This document shows, piece after piece, positions 10,004-19,668 of a DNA stretch of 64,000 bases; the stretch's first letter is position 1; each line of letters opens with the position of its first letter. The position numbers and the translations under genes were made by a program. The notes below the pieces were generated by a model that was given only the letters and a program-made list of their open reading frames with translations, was not told where the DNA came from and made no database searches. Source of the DNA: an uncultured Spirochaetota bacterium. Its GTDB lineage: Bacteria > Spirochaetota > Brevinematia > Brevinematales > JAOACQ01. The stretch is taken from contig CAWAOD010000018.1 in assembly GCA_963783575.1 (NCBI GenBank), forward strand, positions 140,210 through 204,209, given 5' to 3'.

Positions 10004-11442
10004 AAATGCTTTTAGCGCTATTTATAATACCAGTTATTTTAAGTCTTGTACTTTTTTTGATTAAGTCGAAATTTGCAAATACCTATGCTAATTTTATAAA
10101 TTCAACAGTCTACATTGTAATAACATTTTTATTAATTAACAGGCCGGCTTCATTCACACCCTATTTCAAGATTGATTCACTTAACATATTATTTTTGCTT
10201 ATTCTGGCCGTTTTATATTTTGGGATATCAATTTATAATATTGATTTTTTAAGACACAGTAACGCATCCAAACAGAGCCATACTTATTATACAATTTTTT
10301 TCCTGCTTTTCGTATTATCGATGGCAGGTGTTCTTCTCAGTACTCATCTTGCTTTAATGTGGGTTTTTATTGAAGCGACAACACTAACAAGTTCATACTT
10401 GATTTATTTTAATAAAACAAATTCTTCGCTTGAAGCAGCCTGGAAATATATTTTTATCTGTTCCATTGGTATTTCACTGGCTTTTGTCGGAATAATCCTG
10501 TTGTCATTAGGAATGGGAAGTATAAATTCACTATTTTTTGAAGATCTTTATAATAACGCAAAATCAATAAATCCTTTCTGGCTAAAACTGGCATTTATCT
10601 TTATTCTTGTTGGGCTTGGTACAAAAGCAGGATTAGCACCAGTTCATGCCTGGCTCCCCGACGCGCATTCCGAAGCTCCTTCACCTGTTTCAGCAATGCT
10701 TTCTGGGGCGTTATTAAATGCAGCCTTGATAGGCATCATCAGGATTTCAAAATTGATGAGTTTAGCATCTCTGGATTATTACTCAAGGAACCTGCTTATC
10801 TGCATGGGATTTTTATCTCTTTTTATAAGTGCGGTATATATTGTTAAAATAAATAATTATAAAAGGATGCTGGCATATTCATCGATCGAAAATATAGGAA
10901 TCATTGCAATTGGAATCGGGATCGGCGGCGCTGCAATTTTTGCCGCTTTGCTTCACTTGATAGCACACTCGCTAATAAAAGCATCGCTTTTTCTCACATC
11001 TGGAAATATATTGCGAAGGTTCGGAACGAGAAAAGTAAATGAAGTTGGCGGATATTTAAATAAAGAACCGCTTTCGGCATGGATTTGGATATTTTCTTTT
11101 ACAGCGATCGCTGGAATTCCTCCATTTCCGATTTTCTTAAGTGAGTTTATTATAGTAAAAGAGACGCTGCGGAATGGACAAATTATTTTGTTAATTCCTT
11201 TTTTCCTCCTACTGACAATTATAATTGCCGGAATTGGAATTATTGTTTTCCGAATAAGCTGGCCCAGGGGAAATGGTGCTTTAAACTCTAAAATATCTGA
11301 AGAAATCATTCCTACAAAAACCACTGTTTTTTTAACTTCTCTACCGCAGATAATATTTCTTTTGATTCTATTAATAATGGGGGTCGGATTACCTGATTTA
11401 ATCAAAAATATTATTAGTAATGCGGTTACTGGAGTATTTTGA
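10000..11442 (+). CDS. Ehr/HyfF-like proton-translocating membrane subunit
   Basis: WVFIEATTL, LEAAWKY, KAGLAPVHAWLPDAHSEAPSPVSAMLSG and KRMLAYSS motifs. Confidence 0.92.
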   Translation: MKMLLALFIIPVILSLVLFLIKSKFANTYANFINSTVYIVITFLLINRPASFTPYFKIDSLNILFLLILAVLYFGISIYNIDFLRHSNASKQSHTYYTIFFLLFVLSMAGVLLSTHLALMWVFIEATTLTSSYLIYFNKTNSSLEAAWKYIFICSIGISLAFVGIILLSLGMGSINSLFFEDLYNNAKSINPFWLKLAFIFILVGLGTKAGLAPVHAWLPDAHSEAPSPVSAMLSGALLNAALIGIIRISKLMSLASLDYYSRNLLICMGFLSLFISAVYIVKINNYKRMLAYSSIENIGIIAIGIGIGGAAIFAALLHLIAHSLIKASLFLTSGNILRRFGTRKVNEVGGYLNKEPLSAWIWIFSFTAIAGIPPFPIFLSEFIIVKETLRNGQIILLIPFFLLLTIIIAGIGIIVFRISWPRGNGALNSKISEEIIPTKTTVFLTSLPQIIFLLILLIMGVGLPDLIKNIISNAVTGVF

Positions 11443-11466
11443 TTATTTTATATAAAATAGGAGTTT

Positions 11467-11910
11467 ATGATGGAATCAATAACAACCAAACTGGATGTGC
11501 CAAGTATTCCGTTTAACCGATTTATAGGAATACACAGACCACCCGAAGACAGTGCACATATTCTGGAATTGAACGAATCCCATAATTATCTAAATCATCT
11601 TGATACAGTACATGCAAGTGCTCAATTTGCTTTAGCTGAAGCAACAAGCGGCGAATTTCTATTAAAAAAGTTTTCTGATTACAATGAAGTGATACTCCCA
11701 GTTGTCCGCCGGGTAGAAATGAAATATAAAAAACCTGCCAGAGGCAAGTTATTTTCAAGGGCCGAATTTTCTGAAAAGAAAAAAGAGGATGTCATCATGG
11801 AACTAAATACAAAAAAAAGATCAATACTCACAGTAAATGTTGAAATTTATGACATCGAAAATTGTATAACTCTAAATTCATCTTTTGAATGGTTTATACA
11901 GCGAGTCTAA
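11467..11910 (+). CDS. Hotdog-fold thioesterase-like protein (YiiD C-terminal / DUF4442 / PaaI-like)
   Basis: NHLDTVHASAQFALAEATSG and VVRRVEMKYKKPARG motifs. Confidence 0.75.
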   Translation: MMESITTKLDVPSIPFNRFIGIHRPPEDSAHILELNESHNYLNHLDTVHASAQFALAEATSGEFLLKKFSDYNEVILPVVRRVEMKYKKPARGKLFSRAEFSEKKKEDVIMELNTKKRSILTVNVEIYDIENCITLNSSFEWFIQRV

Positions 11911-11932
11911 TAATTATTTATTAAGGAAATCT

Positions 11933-13423
11933 ATGAACTGGAAAACAATTAGAAATAACCAATCAATAAACATTAAAGATATTTCACTAAATGAAATCTC
12001 TTCAATCCGTAAAGAAATTATCGAACAGGTCAATTCAGGTAAAAGGCTTATTTCTTTCTATGGGAATAAATCCGGTAATCAAATAATCTTATACATTGTT
12101 CTCGCAGATGATGAAAATTCAAGGTTATTTGTCACTTCAGCAATATTTGATAAAGATGCTTCCTATCAATCATTTACTCAGGATTTACCGGCTTTTAATT
12201 TTTTTGAGAGAGAATTTTTTGAGGAATTTGGGATCAAGCCTATCGGACATCCTTGGCTGAAACCAGTCCGGTATAATCATGACAGATTTGATCAAGGCCA
12301 AAAGATTGAGAACTATCCTTTTTATAAAATGATAGGGAAAGAAATTCATGAAGTTGCGGTTGGTCCGGTTCATGCCGGAATAATTGAACCAGGGCACTTC
12401 CGATTTATGTGTCATGGTGAAAATGTTTATCATCTTGAGATACAAATGGGATATCAACATAGGGGAATAGAAAAATTATTTTTAAATAAAGAAGTAAGAT
12501 TTTTACCGTTAATCGCTGAATCAATTGCCGGAGATACTGTAATCGGACATTCGGCTTCCTGTTCACGTCTTCTTGAAGCACTGGGAAATTCTACGGTTTC
12601 AAATAAAGCCTTATCGATCCGGGCAATATCACTTGAACTAGAGAGAATTGCTGTGCATATCGGCGACCTCTGTGCAATTGCAGGTGATGTCGCTTATTTA
12701 ATAGGAAATGCCGCATTCGGGACAACCCGGACACTGGCTATTAATTCCACTCTATCAATCTGCGGAAGCCGTTTCGGCAGGGGATTGATCCGTTGCGGAG
12801 GAGTTATGTTTGATATAGATAAAAATCAATCCCAAAATCTTATAAGTAATCTAGATAAAATTAATCATGATATGGAATTAATGGCAGAAACTATGTTTTC
12901 TTCTTCAAGTGTTCTTTCCAGGCTTGATCAGACCGGTATCGTTGACACGGAAACAGCAAAAAAAATAGGTATGGTCGGCCCGGCAGCCAGAGCTTCCGGA
13001 GTCTCTGTTGATGTAAGGACAGATCATCCTTTCGGAATGTATAGGAATTACCCATATCACAAATTAACGCTGGATTCCGGGGATGTCTTTGCCAGGGTTT
13101 ATATCAGATACATAGAAATAAAGCAATCAATAAAATTTATTCTAGAGCAGCTTGAGAATTTTCCTGTTGAAGGCAAATTACAAACCCCATTCGGAAATCT
13201 CGCCCCAGATAGTTTTGCAGTATCAATGACAGAGGGATGGAGAGGTGAGATTGTTCATTCCGCAATTACCGATCAAACCGGTGATATAATCCGCTACAAA
13301 ATAAAGGATCCTTCCTTCAATAACTGGTATGGCCTCGCATTGGCGGTCAGAAACAACGGAATTTCAGACTTTCCTTTATGTAATAAAAGCTTCAATCTAT
13401 CGTATTGCGGATTTGACCTCTAA
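11933..13423 (+). CDS. Ehr large subunit (NuoC-NuoD/HycE-like fusion) lacking NiFe-binding CxxC motifs
   Basis: FEREFFEEFGI..GHPW, VGPVHAGIIEPGHFRF, GYQHRGIEK and EGWRGE motifs. The L1 site reads ESIAGD and the L2 site reads DFPLCNKSFNLSYCG. Confidence 0.9.
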   Translation: MNWKTIRNNQSINIKDISLNEISSIRKEIIEQVNSGKRLISFYGNKSGNQIILYIVLADDENSRLFVTSAIFDKDASYQSFTQDLPAFNFFEREFFEEFGIKPIGHPWLKPVRYNHDRFDQGQKIENYPFYKMIGKEIHEVAVGPVHAGIIEPGHFRFMCHGENVYHLEIQMGYQHRGIEKLFLNKEVRFLPLIAESIAGDTVIGHSASCSRLLEALGNSTVSNKALSIRAISLELERIAVHIGDLCAIAGDVAYLIGNAAFGTTRTLAINSTLSICGSRFGRGLIRCGGVMFDIDKNQSQNLISNLDKINHDMELMAETMFSSSSVLSRLDQTGIVDTETAKKIGMVGPAARASGVSVDVRTDHPFGMYRNYPYHKLTLDSGDVFARVYIRYIEIKQSIKFILEQLENFPVEGKLQTPFGNLAPDSFAVSMTEGWRGEIVHSAITDQTGDIIRYKIKDPSFNNWYGLALAVRNNGISDFPLCNKSFNLSYCGFDL

Positions 13424-13426
13424 AAC

Positions 13427-13612
13427 ATCGTGTTTTTCGCCGAACAAAGTTCGGCGGCCTGTATGACTAAATAGGAACTCGTCATGGAACATCCTGTTCC
13501 CTTTGTTACTTGAGTTTGCCTTTGAGATCGTGTTTTTCGCCAAACTAATGTTCGGGGGCCTTGTATATTTTTGAGTGGCTTTTACGGAACATCCTGTTCC
13601 CTTGGTTGCTTG
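13427..13612. repeat. Two imperfect tandem units with exact 100-bp period, each with internal palindromes
   Basis: atcgtgtttttcgcc at 13427 and 13527. ggaacatcctgttccc at 13486 and 13586. Confidence 0.85.
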
Positions 13613-13724
13613 CGTGTTTGGCAGAGCTGGCGTTTTGTGTGTGAATGCAACACAGCTGCTGCTTCCTGAAATTGCCCGCCCCTTTAGGAGTAACCTATTA
13701 ATAAATTCTTCCGATAAATAATAT

Positions 13725-13754
13725 ATGTCGTTTTAAGGGATGTCGTTTTAAGGG
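13725..13754 (+). repeat. Exact 15-bp tandem duplication at the RBS of the OmpA-family gene
   Basis: atgtcgttttaaggg at 13725-13739 and 13740-13754. Confidence 0.85.
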
Positions 13755-13762
13755 AGAAATCC

Positions 13763-15550
13763 ATGCACCGTTATATTTTGCTAATTTTTATTGCACTTTT
13801 TTTAACCCATGTTTTATGCTTTTCAGAGAGCCTGCCGTTAAAAGTCGGATTGGAATTTCCGGATACAAATATTAATACAATATATTTTTCACCAAATTTT
13901 GACGGTTCCCATGACACTGTTACAATGAATTTCTTGGTTCAAAGCAAGTATCCGGTTGAAAGCTGGGAACTATTGATTTATGACAAAAATTGGAGTTTAG
14001 TTAAGAGGTTTCCCGATATAAGTGAAAAAAAAGAGAATACTAATACTAAGGCATTAATTAATAAATTATTGGAAGGGAAAGAACCCCCTGTTATATCGGC
14101 AAGTATTGAATGGAATGGATTTTCACAGGATGGAAAAGTTCTTCAGGAAGGTTTATATTATTCATTATTGAATGTAATTGATATAAAAAAGAATAAATGT
14201 TCTTCAAAAACCAATATTATTATCCTCGATATCACACCCCCGGCCGCAAGTCTTTCGATTGATGACAGTATTTTCAATCCGAATGGAAACGGTAATAAAA
14301 ATAAAGTTAGAATAGAACAAAATCTTTCACAGGATTTTTGGAAAGCTGAGATGAGAAATATTGATGGTGTAGTTGTTTACAGATGGGATTGGGGGACAAA
14401 TGCGCCTAAATATGTCGAATGGGATGGGAAAGATCAAAGTGGGTCAGTTTCCCCGGAAGGAACATATGATTATCTGGTTTTTGGCGAAGATTCAGCCGGA
14501 AATAAAACATTTATATCGATAAATGATATCAAGTTATCCTTGAAAAAATATTCGGTTTTTCTTTCATTATCCAAAGATGTATTGTCTCCTTTGGGTGATA
14601 AAAGTTATAACCATGTATTAATTAAGCCTTATATGACAGAAACCAATGACATTTATGAATGGACAGTGAAAATCCATAATGAAAGCAATAATGAAGTTTT
14701 TAATATGATCGGGCATGGAGTTCCGCCGAACTTTCTCTGGAATGGGAGGGACAGTAATAATATAGTTGCAAGCAATGGAAAATATATTTGCTTATTAAGC
14801 ATAGAATATACTAATGGTAATAGAGCCGAATCACAGAGCTACCCTGTCTGGATCAATTCTTCAGCTCCAAGATTATCGGCAGTTTATGAACCATCACTAT
14901 TTTCTCCCGATGGTGACGGTAGTAACGACACACTTTTCATACACTTAAAAGCTGAAGATGTTTCACCAATTTCAGATTGGAAATTATCAATCTTTGACCC
15001 AGATGGAAAGCCCTTCAAAATATATGAAGGAAAAGGAAGACCTCCTGAAATAATAAAATGGAATGGACGATCAGACAACGGTGAACTTGTAGAAAGTGCA
15101 AGTGATTATGGTGTTAAAGCATCAGCCGAAGATATTCTAGGGAATAAAACTAATGATTATGATTTACCCCCGATAAAGATTGATGTACTTGTTGAAAGAA
15201 CAGTGCGTGGACTTAAGATAAGAATTAATAATATTGAATTTGAAACCGGAAAATCCAATTTTGCTGAAAAAAAGACTGCAATTCTTGACAGGGTTGTCCA
15301 AATACTTAATAAATATAAGGAATATAAATTAGAGATTGAAGGTCATACTGATAACGTAGGTTCGGAAAAAAAGAATTTATCACTTTCAAAGTTAAGAGCA
15401 ATTGCAGTTTATGATTATCTGGTTAAGAAAGGATTGTTAATGAACAGAATGACTACTGCAGGATATGGTTTTAAATACCCGATTTCCAATAATGCAACTG
15501 AGGAAGGCCGAAGGAAAAACAGAAGGGTTGAATTTATTCTTGTTAAATGA
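13763..15550 (+). CDS. Secreted protein with repeated FlgD-Ig-like domains and C-terminal OmpA-like peptidoglycan-binding domain
   Basis: Signal peptide, repeated FSPNxDG and WNG/WDG motifs, C-terminal IEGHTD...NLSLSKLRA...NRRVEF. Confidence 0.9.
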   Translation: MHRYILLIFIALFLTHVLCFSESLPLKVGLEFPDTNINTIYFSPNFDGSHDTVTMNFLVQSKYPVESWELLIYDKNWSLVKRFPDISEKKENTNTKALINKLLEGKEPPVISASIEWNGFSQDGKVLQEGLYYSLLNVIDIKKNKCSSKTNIIILDITPPAASLSIDDSIFNPNGNGNKNKVRIEQNLSQDFWKAEMRNIDGVVVYRWDWGTNAPKYVEWDGKDQSGSVSPEGTYDYLVFGEDSAGNKTFISINDIKLSLKKYSVFLSLSKDVLSPLGDKSYNHVLIKPYMTETNDIYEWTVKIHNESNNEVFNMIGHGVPPNFLWNGRDSNNIVASNGKYICLLSIEYTNGNRAESQSYPVWINSSAPRLSAVYEPSLFSPDGDGSNDTLFIHLKAEDVSPISDWKLSIFDPDGKPFKIYEGKGRPPEIIKWNGRSDNGELVESASDYGVKASAEDILGNKTNDYDLPPIKIDVLVERTVRGLKIRINNIEFETGKSNFAEKKTAILDRVVQILNKYKEYKLEIEGHTDNVGSEKKNLSLSKLRAIAVYDYLVKKGLLMNRMTTAGYGFKYPISNNATEEGRRKNRRVEFILVK

Positions 15551-16514
15551 GATTAGCCTCACAAGCCATTACAAGACGCCTAATATCAAATTCAGAATGC
15601 AGAAATGATATAAAACCTGCATCTCCATTAAACAGAATACCATAAGATAATAACTTTCTCTTATCTAAAATTTTATTAAGTTTGAAAATACTTTTATTTT
15701 TATATTTAAATATTTTGGATTTTGACTTTATGATAAATTCCTCATAATTGATTTTCCTGTGGAATACATTGACAGTATCATAAATAGTCAGGGCTTTATA
15801 TGAAGGAATATTCTCTCCTTCAATTTTATATTTCGATAGAATTACAGCACAATCCATTCCATTGGCAATATTGTTCGAGCTTAAGATTAAATCAACTTTA
15901 TCAAGATTTTTCAAGAAACCGAACTGCAGACGGAAAGCAGTCCTGCTCTCAAAAGAACAAGTGGTATCAGCTTTATAGTTTTCAAATGGAAAAGGCGACA
16001 GATTATTTTCAAAATCTATTGGTTCGCATATTAGCAAATCATACTTTCTGTCTATTCCAGCAGTTTCAATATTGATTTTTGGGAATGATTTCAATAATTG
16101 ATTTTTTAAAAAACTTGTATTTACACCGATATTTTTAGGATTAAACCGGTTAATCACAGAATATAGGGCATTGTTTAAGTCATTGAAAAAAGCTATATGA
16201 TCAAATTCAATGATGTTCTTAAACAAACGGATAATCTTTGCATCGAATTTATTGACAAAAAATGATGTTATACCGGCAGATATGCCATCTTTTATTGACT
16301 GAGTAATAGTTTTATAGTTATGTCCCATAATAACACTGCCATTATTTAGGAAAAAATCGATATACTTATTATTATCAATATCATAAATATACTGATCTTT
16401 TTCACGTTTAACAATCAGTGAAATATTTTTTTGAAATCCCGTTTTTTGAAGTTTTAAAAAAAAATTACCAGATAACGGGGTTTTATATTCACCGGAAACC
16501 GGGAAATATGACAT
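15543..16514 (-). CDS. Degenerate class-III aminotransferase (HemL-like) homologue
   Basis: N-terminal YIYDIDNNKYIDF...IMGH matches class III. The PLP-binding Asp and Lys positions look substituted (FESRTAFR, SSNNIANG). Confidence 0.65.
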   Translation of the reverse strand: MSYFPVSGEYKTPLSGNFFLKLQKTGFQKNISLIVKREKDQYIYDIDNNKYIDFFLNNGSVIMGHNYKTITQSIKDGISAGITSFFVNKFDAKIIRLFKNIIEFDHIAFFNDLNNALYSVINRFNPKNIGVNTSFLKNQLLKSFPKINIETAGIDRKYDLLICEPIDFENNLSPFPFENYKADTTCSFESRTAFRLQFGFLKNLDKVDLILSSNNIANGMDCAVILSKYKIEGENIPSYKALTIYDTVNVFHRKINYEEFIIKSKSKIFKYKNKSIFKLNKILDKRKLLSYGILFNGDAGFISFLHSEFDIRRLVMACEANLI

Positions 16515-16565
16515 AACCTACTCCGATAAATTAAGCATTTTTGATGGTAAATCGGACCACTGCCT

Positions 16566-16596
16566 AAAAAAGCTGGCATTTTAAGCCAGCTTTTTT
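16566..16596. terminator. Intrinsic terminator downstream of rny (A and T tails on both sides)
   Basis: aaaaaa gctggc attttaa gccagc tttttt. Confidence 0.8.
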
Positions 16597-16598
16597 AT

Positions 16599-18128
16599 TT
16601 ATTTTGCGTATTCTACTACCCTTGTTTCCCTTATTAGAGTAACCTTTATTTGTCCGGGATACCTCATCTCACTTTCAATCTTTTTCGCAATATCTTTAGT
16701 GAGAATATAAGCTGATTCGTCATTTACCACATCGCTTGCCACAAAAACCCTAACTTCTCTTCCTGCCTGAATAGCATAGGCTTTTTCTATACCTTGAAAG
16801 GAGGTAGCGATACTTTCAAGATTCTGTAATCTTTTCAGATAATCCTCAAAAGATTCTCTTCTGGCACCGGGTCGGGCTGCAGATATCGCATCAGCTGCTG
16901 TTACGATAGATGCTTCAATATACTTTGCTTCTACCTCTCCATGATGCGCAGCAATAGCATTTACAATATTTTCAGATATGCCGAATTTATGAGCCACTTC
17001 CGCGCCAACTAAAGAGTGAACCCCTTCACCGGTACTTTTAATCCCCTTTCCGATATCATGCAGCAAACCGGCAATTTTTGCATTATCAACATTAGAACGA
17101 AGCTCTCCTGCAATCATCCCAGCAAGGTTTGCGACTTCAATAGAGTGATAATAAACATTTTGGCCGTAACTTGTCCTGTATTTTAATCTTCCTACGTATG
17201 CATACAATTCCCTTGGCAGGTTAATCTTTAAATCCATGCTCGCCTGTTTACCGAGCTCGATTATTTCCTGCGCAATATCTTTCTCAACCTTAGCAATTAT
17301 TTCTTCAATCCTGGCTGGATGTATTCTTCCGTCAATAATTAATTTTTCCAGTGCTTGTTTAGCAATTTCTCTACGGTAAGGATCAAAAGAAGAGATAATA
17401 ACTACTTCAGGCGTATCATCAATTATCAAATCGACTCCTGCTATCGATTCAAATGCCCTAATATTCCTTCCCTCTCTTCCAATAATGCGGCCTTTCATTT
17501 CATCATTCGGTAAAGTAACTGTAGAAATCGTTTTTTCCGCCGTAACTTCTGCTGCATTTCGCTGTATTGCCGAAACAATTATTTCTCGAGCCTTGACTTC
17601 TCCCTGATCACGAGCTTCGTCTTCGATTTTCTTAATTACATTAATCGAATCCCTTTTAGCCTCGTCAACCATCTCATTTATCAGCTGCTGTTTAGCTTCA
17701 GCAGCTGTCATATGAGCCACCCTTTCAAGTTCTCTCAAATGCTTTTCATAAGCTTTTTTCAGTTCTTCCGATTTCCTTCTGAATTCCTTCTCTTCATTAT
17801 CTAGCTCTCTTTCCTTTTTTTCCAGGACTTCAACTCTTTTATCGAGAGCATCTTCTTTTTGAACCAGACGTCGTTGAGCTTGTTGAAGCTCAAAATTCCT
17901 TTCTTTAAATTCCCTGTCCAGTTGCTTTCTTTCTTCAATTACCTTATCTTTTGCTTCAAGAAGGATCTCTTTTTTCCTGGACTCGGCATCCCTTTGAGCT
18001 ATTTCCAGGATTTCCTTTACCTTTTCTTCCGCCGAATTTAATCGATACTTCGCTATTAAGATTCTAACAAAGTATCCAATCAAAATACCTATTATAAGAG
18101 AGGGGATAGCATAAAATAAAATGTTCAT
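16599..18128 (-). CDS. rny: Ribonuclease Y
   Basis: N-terminal TM helix, coiled coil, KH domain (KGRIIGREGRNIR), HD domain (GLLHDIGK), AYAIQAGRE. Confidence 0.97.
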   Translation of the reverse strand: MNILFYAIPSLIIGILIGYFVRILIAKYRLNSAEEKVKEILEIAQRDAESRKKEILLEAKDKVIEERKQLDREFKERNFELQQAQRRLVQKEDALDKRVEVLEKKERELDNEEKEFRRKSEELKKAYEKHLRELERVAHMTAAEAKQQLINEMVDEAKRDSINVIKKIEDEARDQGEVKAREIIVSAIQRNAAEVTAEKTISTVTLPNDEMKGRIIGREGRNIRAFESIAGVDLIIDDTPEVVIISSFDPYRREIAKQALEKLIIDGRIHPARIEEIIAKVEKDIAQEIIELGKQASMDLKINLPRELYAYVGRLKYRTSYGQNVYYHSIEVANLAGMIAGELRSNVDNAKIAGLLHDIGKGIKSTGEGVHSLVGAEVAHKFGISENIVNAIAAHHGEVEAKYIEASIVTAADAISAARPGARRESFEDYLKRLQNLESIATSFQGIEKAYAIQAGREVRVFVASDVVNDESAYILTKDIAKKIESEMRYPGQIKVTLIRETRVVEYAK

Positions 18129-18482
18129 AAAAATCCCCTAAAATTTATTGCTGTTTTAACTGCTAATAATTTAAAGTCAATTTTAATTATTGTCAATCAA
18201 TAATAAACTAAAACCCATATTATTAGAAATATTTTTTAATTTTCAATATTAATATAGAAGAACTAATTTTCACTGTTAAGGTTCAAATCAAAAATTAGTA
18301 GAGCTAAATATAAAAAATTAAATATTATACTAATATTCAATATATATTAAATATCGGACAAATTTAAAGATAATTTTAAATATTATTTCATTTTATAAAA
18401 ACATTTTGACAAATTCATTCATTTAAGCATAAAAATATAAAATAAATAAAAAGGAAGGCAATAATTTAATAAATTTAATTAG

Positions 18483-18520
18483 AAAAGGGCAGGGTAAATT
18501 ATAACAAATAACCCTACCCT
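18483..18520 (-). terminator. Probable terminator hairpin downstream of lipoprotein gene
   Basis: agggcagggt / accctaccct stem with a short A-tract on the + strand. Confidence 0.55.
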
Positions 18521-18571
18521 CAATTATAACCAAGCATGCAATGTGTATAAAAAACAATTAGCATCTTAAAT

Positions 18572-19540
18572 TTAAGTGTTTGTCATATCAATCATTCTGT
18601 CTAATCTTAACTTAATTGGTCCATACCTGTTTCTATGCCAGAATTCAAATTCAAGGTGATTGAAATTTGCCGAAAATTCTATTACTCTTAAAGAACCTTT
18701 TGCAGTAGAATTACTTGAACTTAAAACTGAAAGTGAACCATAACCGGCTGTATTAGCAGGATAACCGTCACCGTTAGAAATTGAATCAATAGTAAATACT
18801 TTTAAAATCGAATCATCATCGGATCCGTAATAAAATGAAGGACAATTAGTTAATTTTATTGAACCTATATTTGAAGTCCCCGATAATGCGATGCCGGAAT
18901 AGCAACCATTCGGATAAAAGGTGACTTCCACTTGATAAGGATTTACCCAGGGAGTCGTAACATATCCTGTCCATTTTCCTGCAATTCTCGATTGATAAGC
19001 ATCAAGATATACATAATTGGTATCATTTGTAATAATAGGTGAATCATTGTTAGTCACTGTATTTGTATCGTTTGTTCCAATAGATACTGTGATATTACCA
19101 CCAAGATTAATTATTATATCATAGTCATAACCTTTTTGAATATTAAAGTTATAACCACTATTGTTTGTTTCATTGGAAAGATTGATTTCCGAAAGATTCA
19201 ATGTGTACGATCCAAAATCCATACCTGAAAAATGAATCGATGTATCATCACCGTTTCGCCAGTTCGTGATTAGATTTTCACCTGAAGGAGTAATAAGCCC
19301 TATTACAGCTTCAATTATTTTCAACTCATAAAGTTCGATAAAACTTTTAGAGGCAGCCCCCTGCAGAACAATGCTGAATGATGCTTTTCCCTGCGTATCA
19401 ACGGTCTGTTTTATTGTTGCTGAACCACTCTGGTCATTAGGATTGAGGCCATCAGACTGATATGAACAGCCGGAATAGTAAAGAATAATCAAGATCAATA
19501 AAAAACACTTTTTCAGTACTACGAAATGTTCTCCTTTCAT
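18572..19540 (-). CDS. Hypothetical lipoprotein
   Basis: Hydrophobic signal ending in YYSGC lipobox-like motif, N/T-rich linker, RBS (ggagg) upstream. Confidence 0.7.
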   Translation of the reverse strand: MKGEHFVVLKKCFLLILIILYYSGCSYQSDGLNPNDQSGSATIKQTVDTQGKASFSIVLQGAASKSFIELYELKIIEAVIGLITPSGENLITNWRNGDDTSIHFSGMDFGSYTLNLSEINLSNETNNSGYNFNIQKGYDYDIIINLGGNITVSIGTNDTNTVTNNDSPIITNDTNYVYLDAYQSRIAGKWTGYVTTPWVNPYQVEVTFYPNGCYSGIALSGTSNIGSIKLTNCPSFYYGSDDDSILKVFTIDSISNGDGYPANTAGYGSLSVLSSSNSTAKGSLRVIEFSANFNHLEFEFWHRNRYGPIKLRLDRMIDMTNT

Positions 19541-19668
19541 ATGATATCCTCCTAAAATTTTATTAGAAGGATTATTTTAGCAATAATTCTTTTCAGAAAC
19601 AATATAACAAATGTCACAATTTACATATGAAAAAAGTCATAATTTTATTATTATACGCCTGACAAATA

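Noticed and set aside
6463..13423. Functional [NiFe] hydrogenase-4 / formate hydrogenlyase
   Set aside because: The large subunit lacks both Ni-binding CxxC motifs, and no maturation or fdh genes are in the window.
13427..13612. CRISPR array
   Set aside because: Only two units, conserved blocks alternate between two different motifs, and there is no cas gene or leader.
18130..18480. Replication origin or ncRNA (e.g. 6S) in the AT-rich gap upstream of rny
   Set aside because: No DnaA-box cluster and no GC-rich structured segment; it looks like ordinary promoter DNA.
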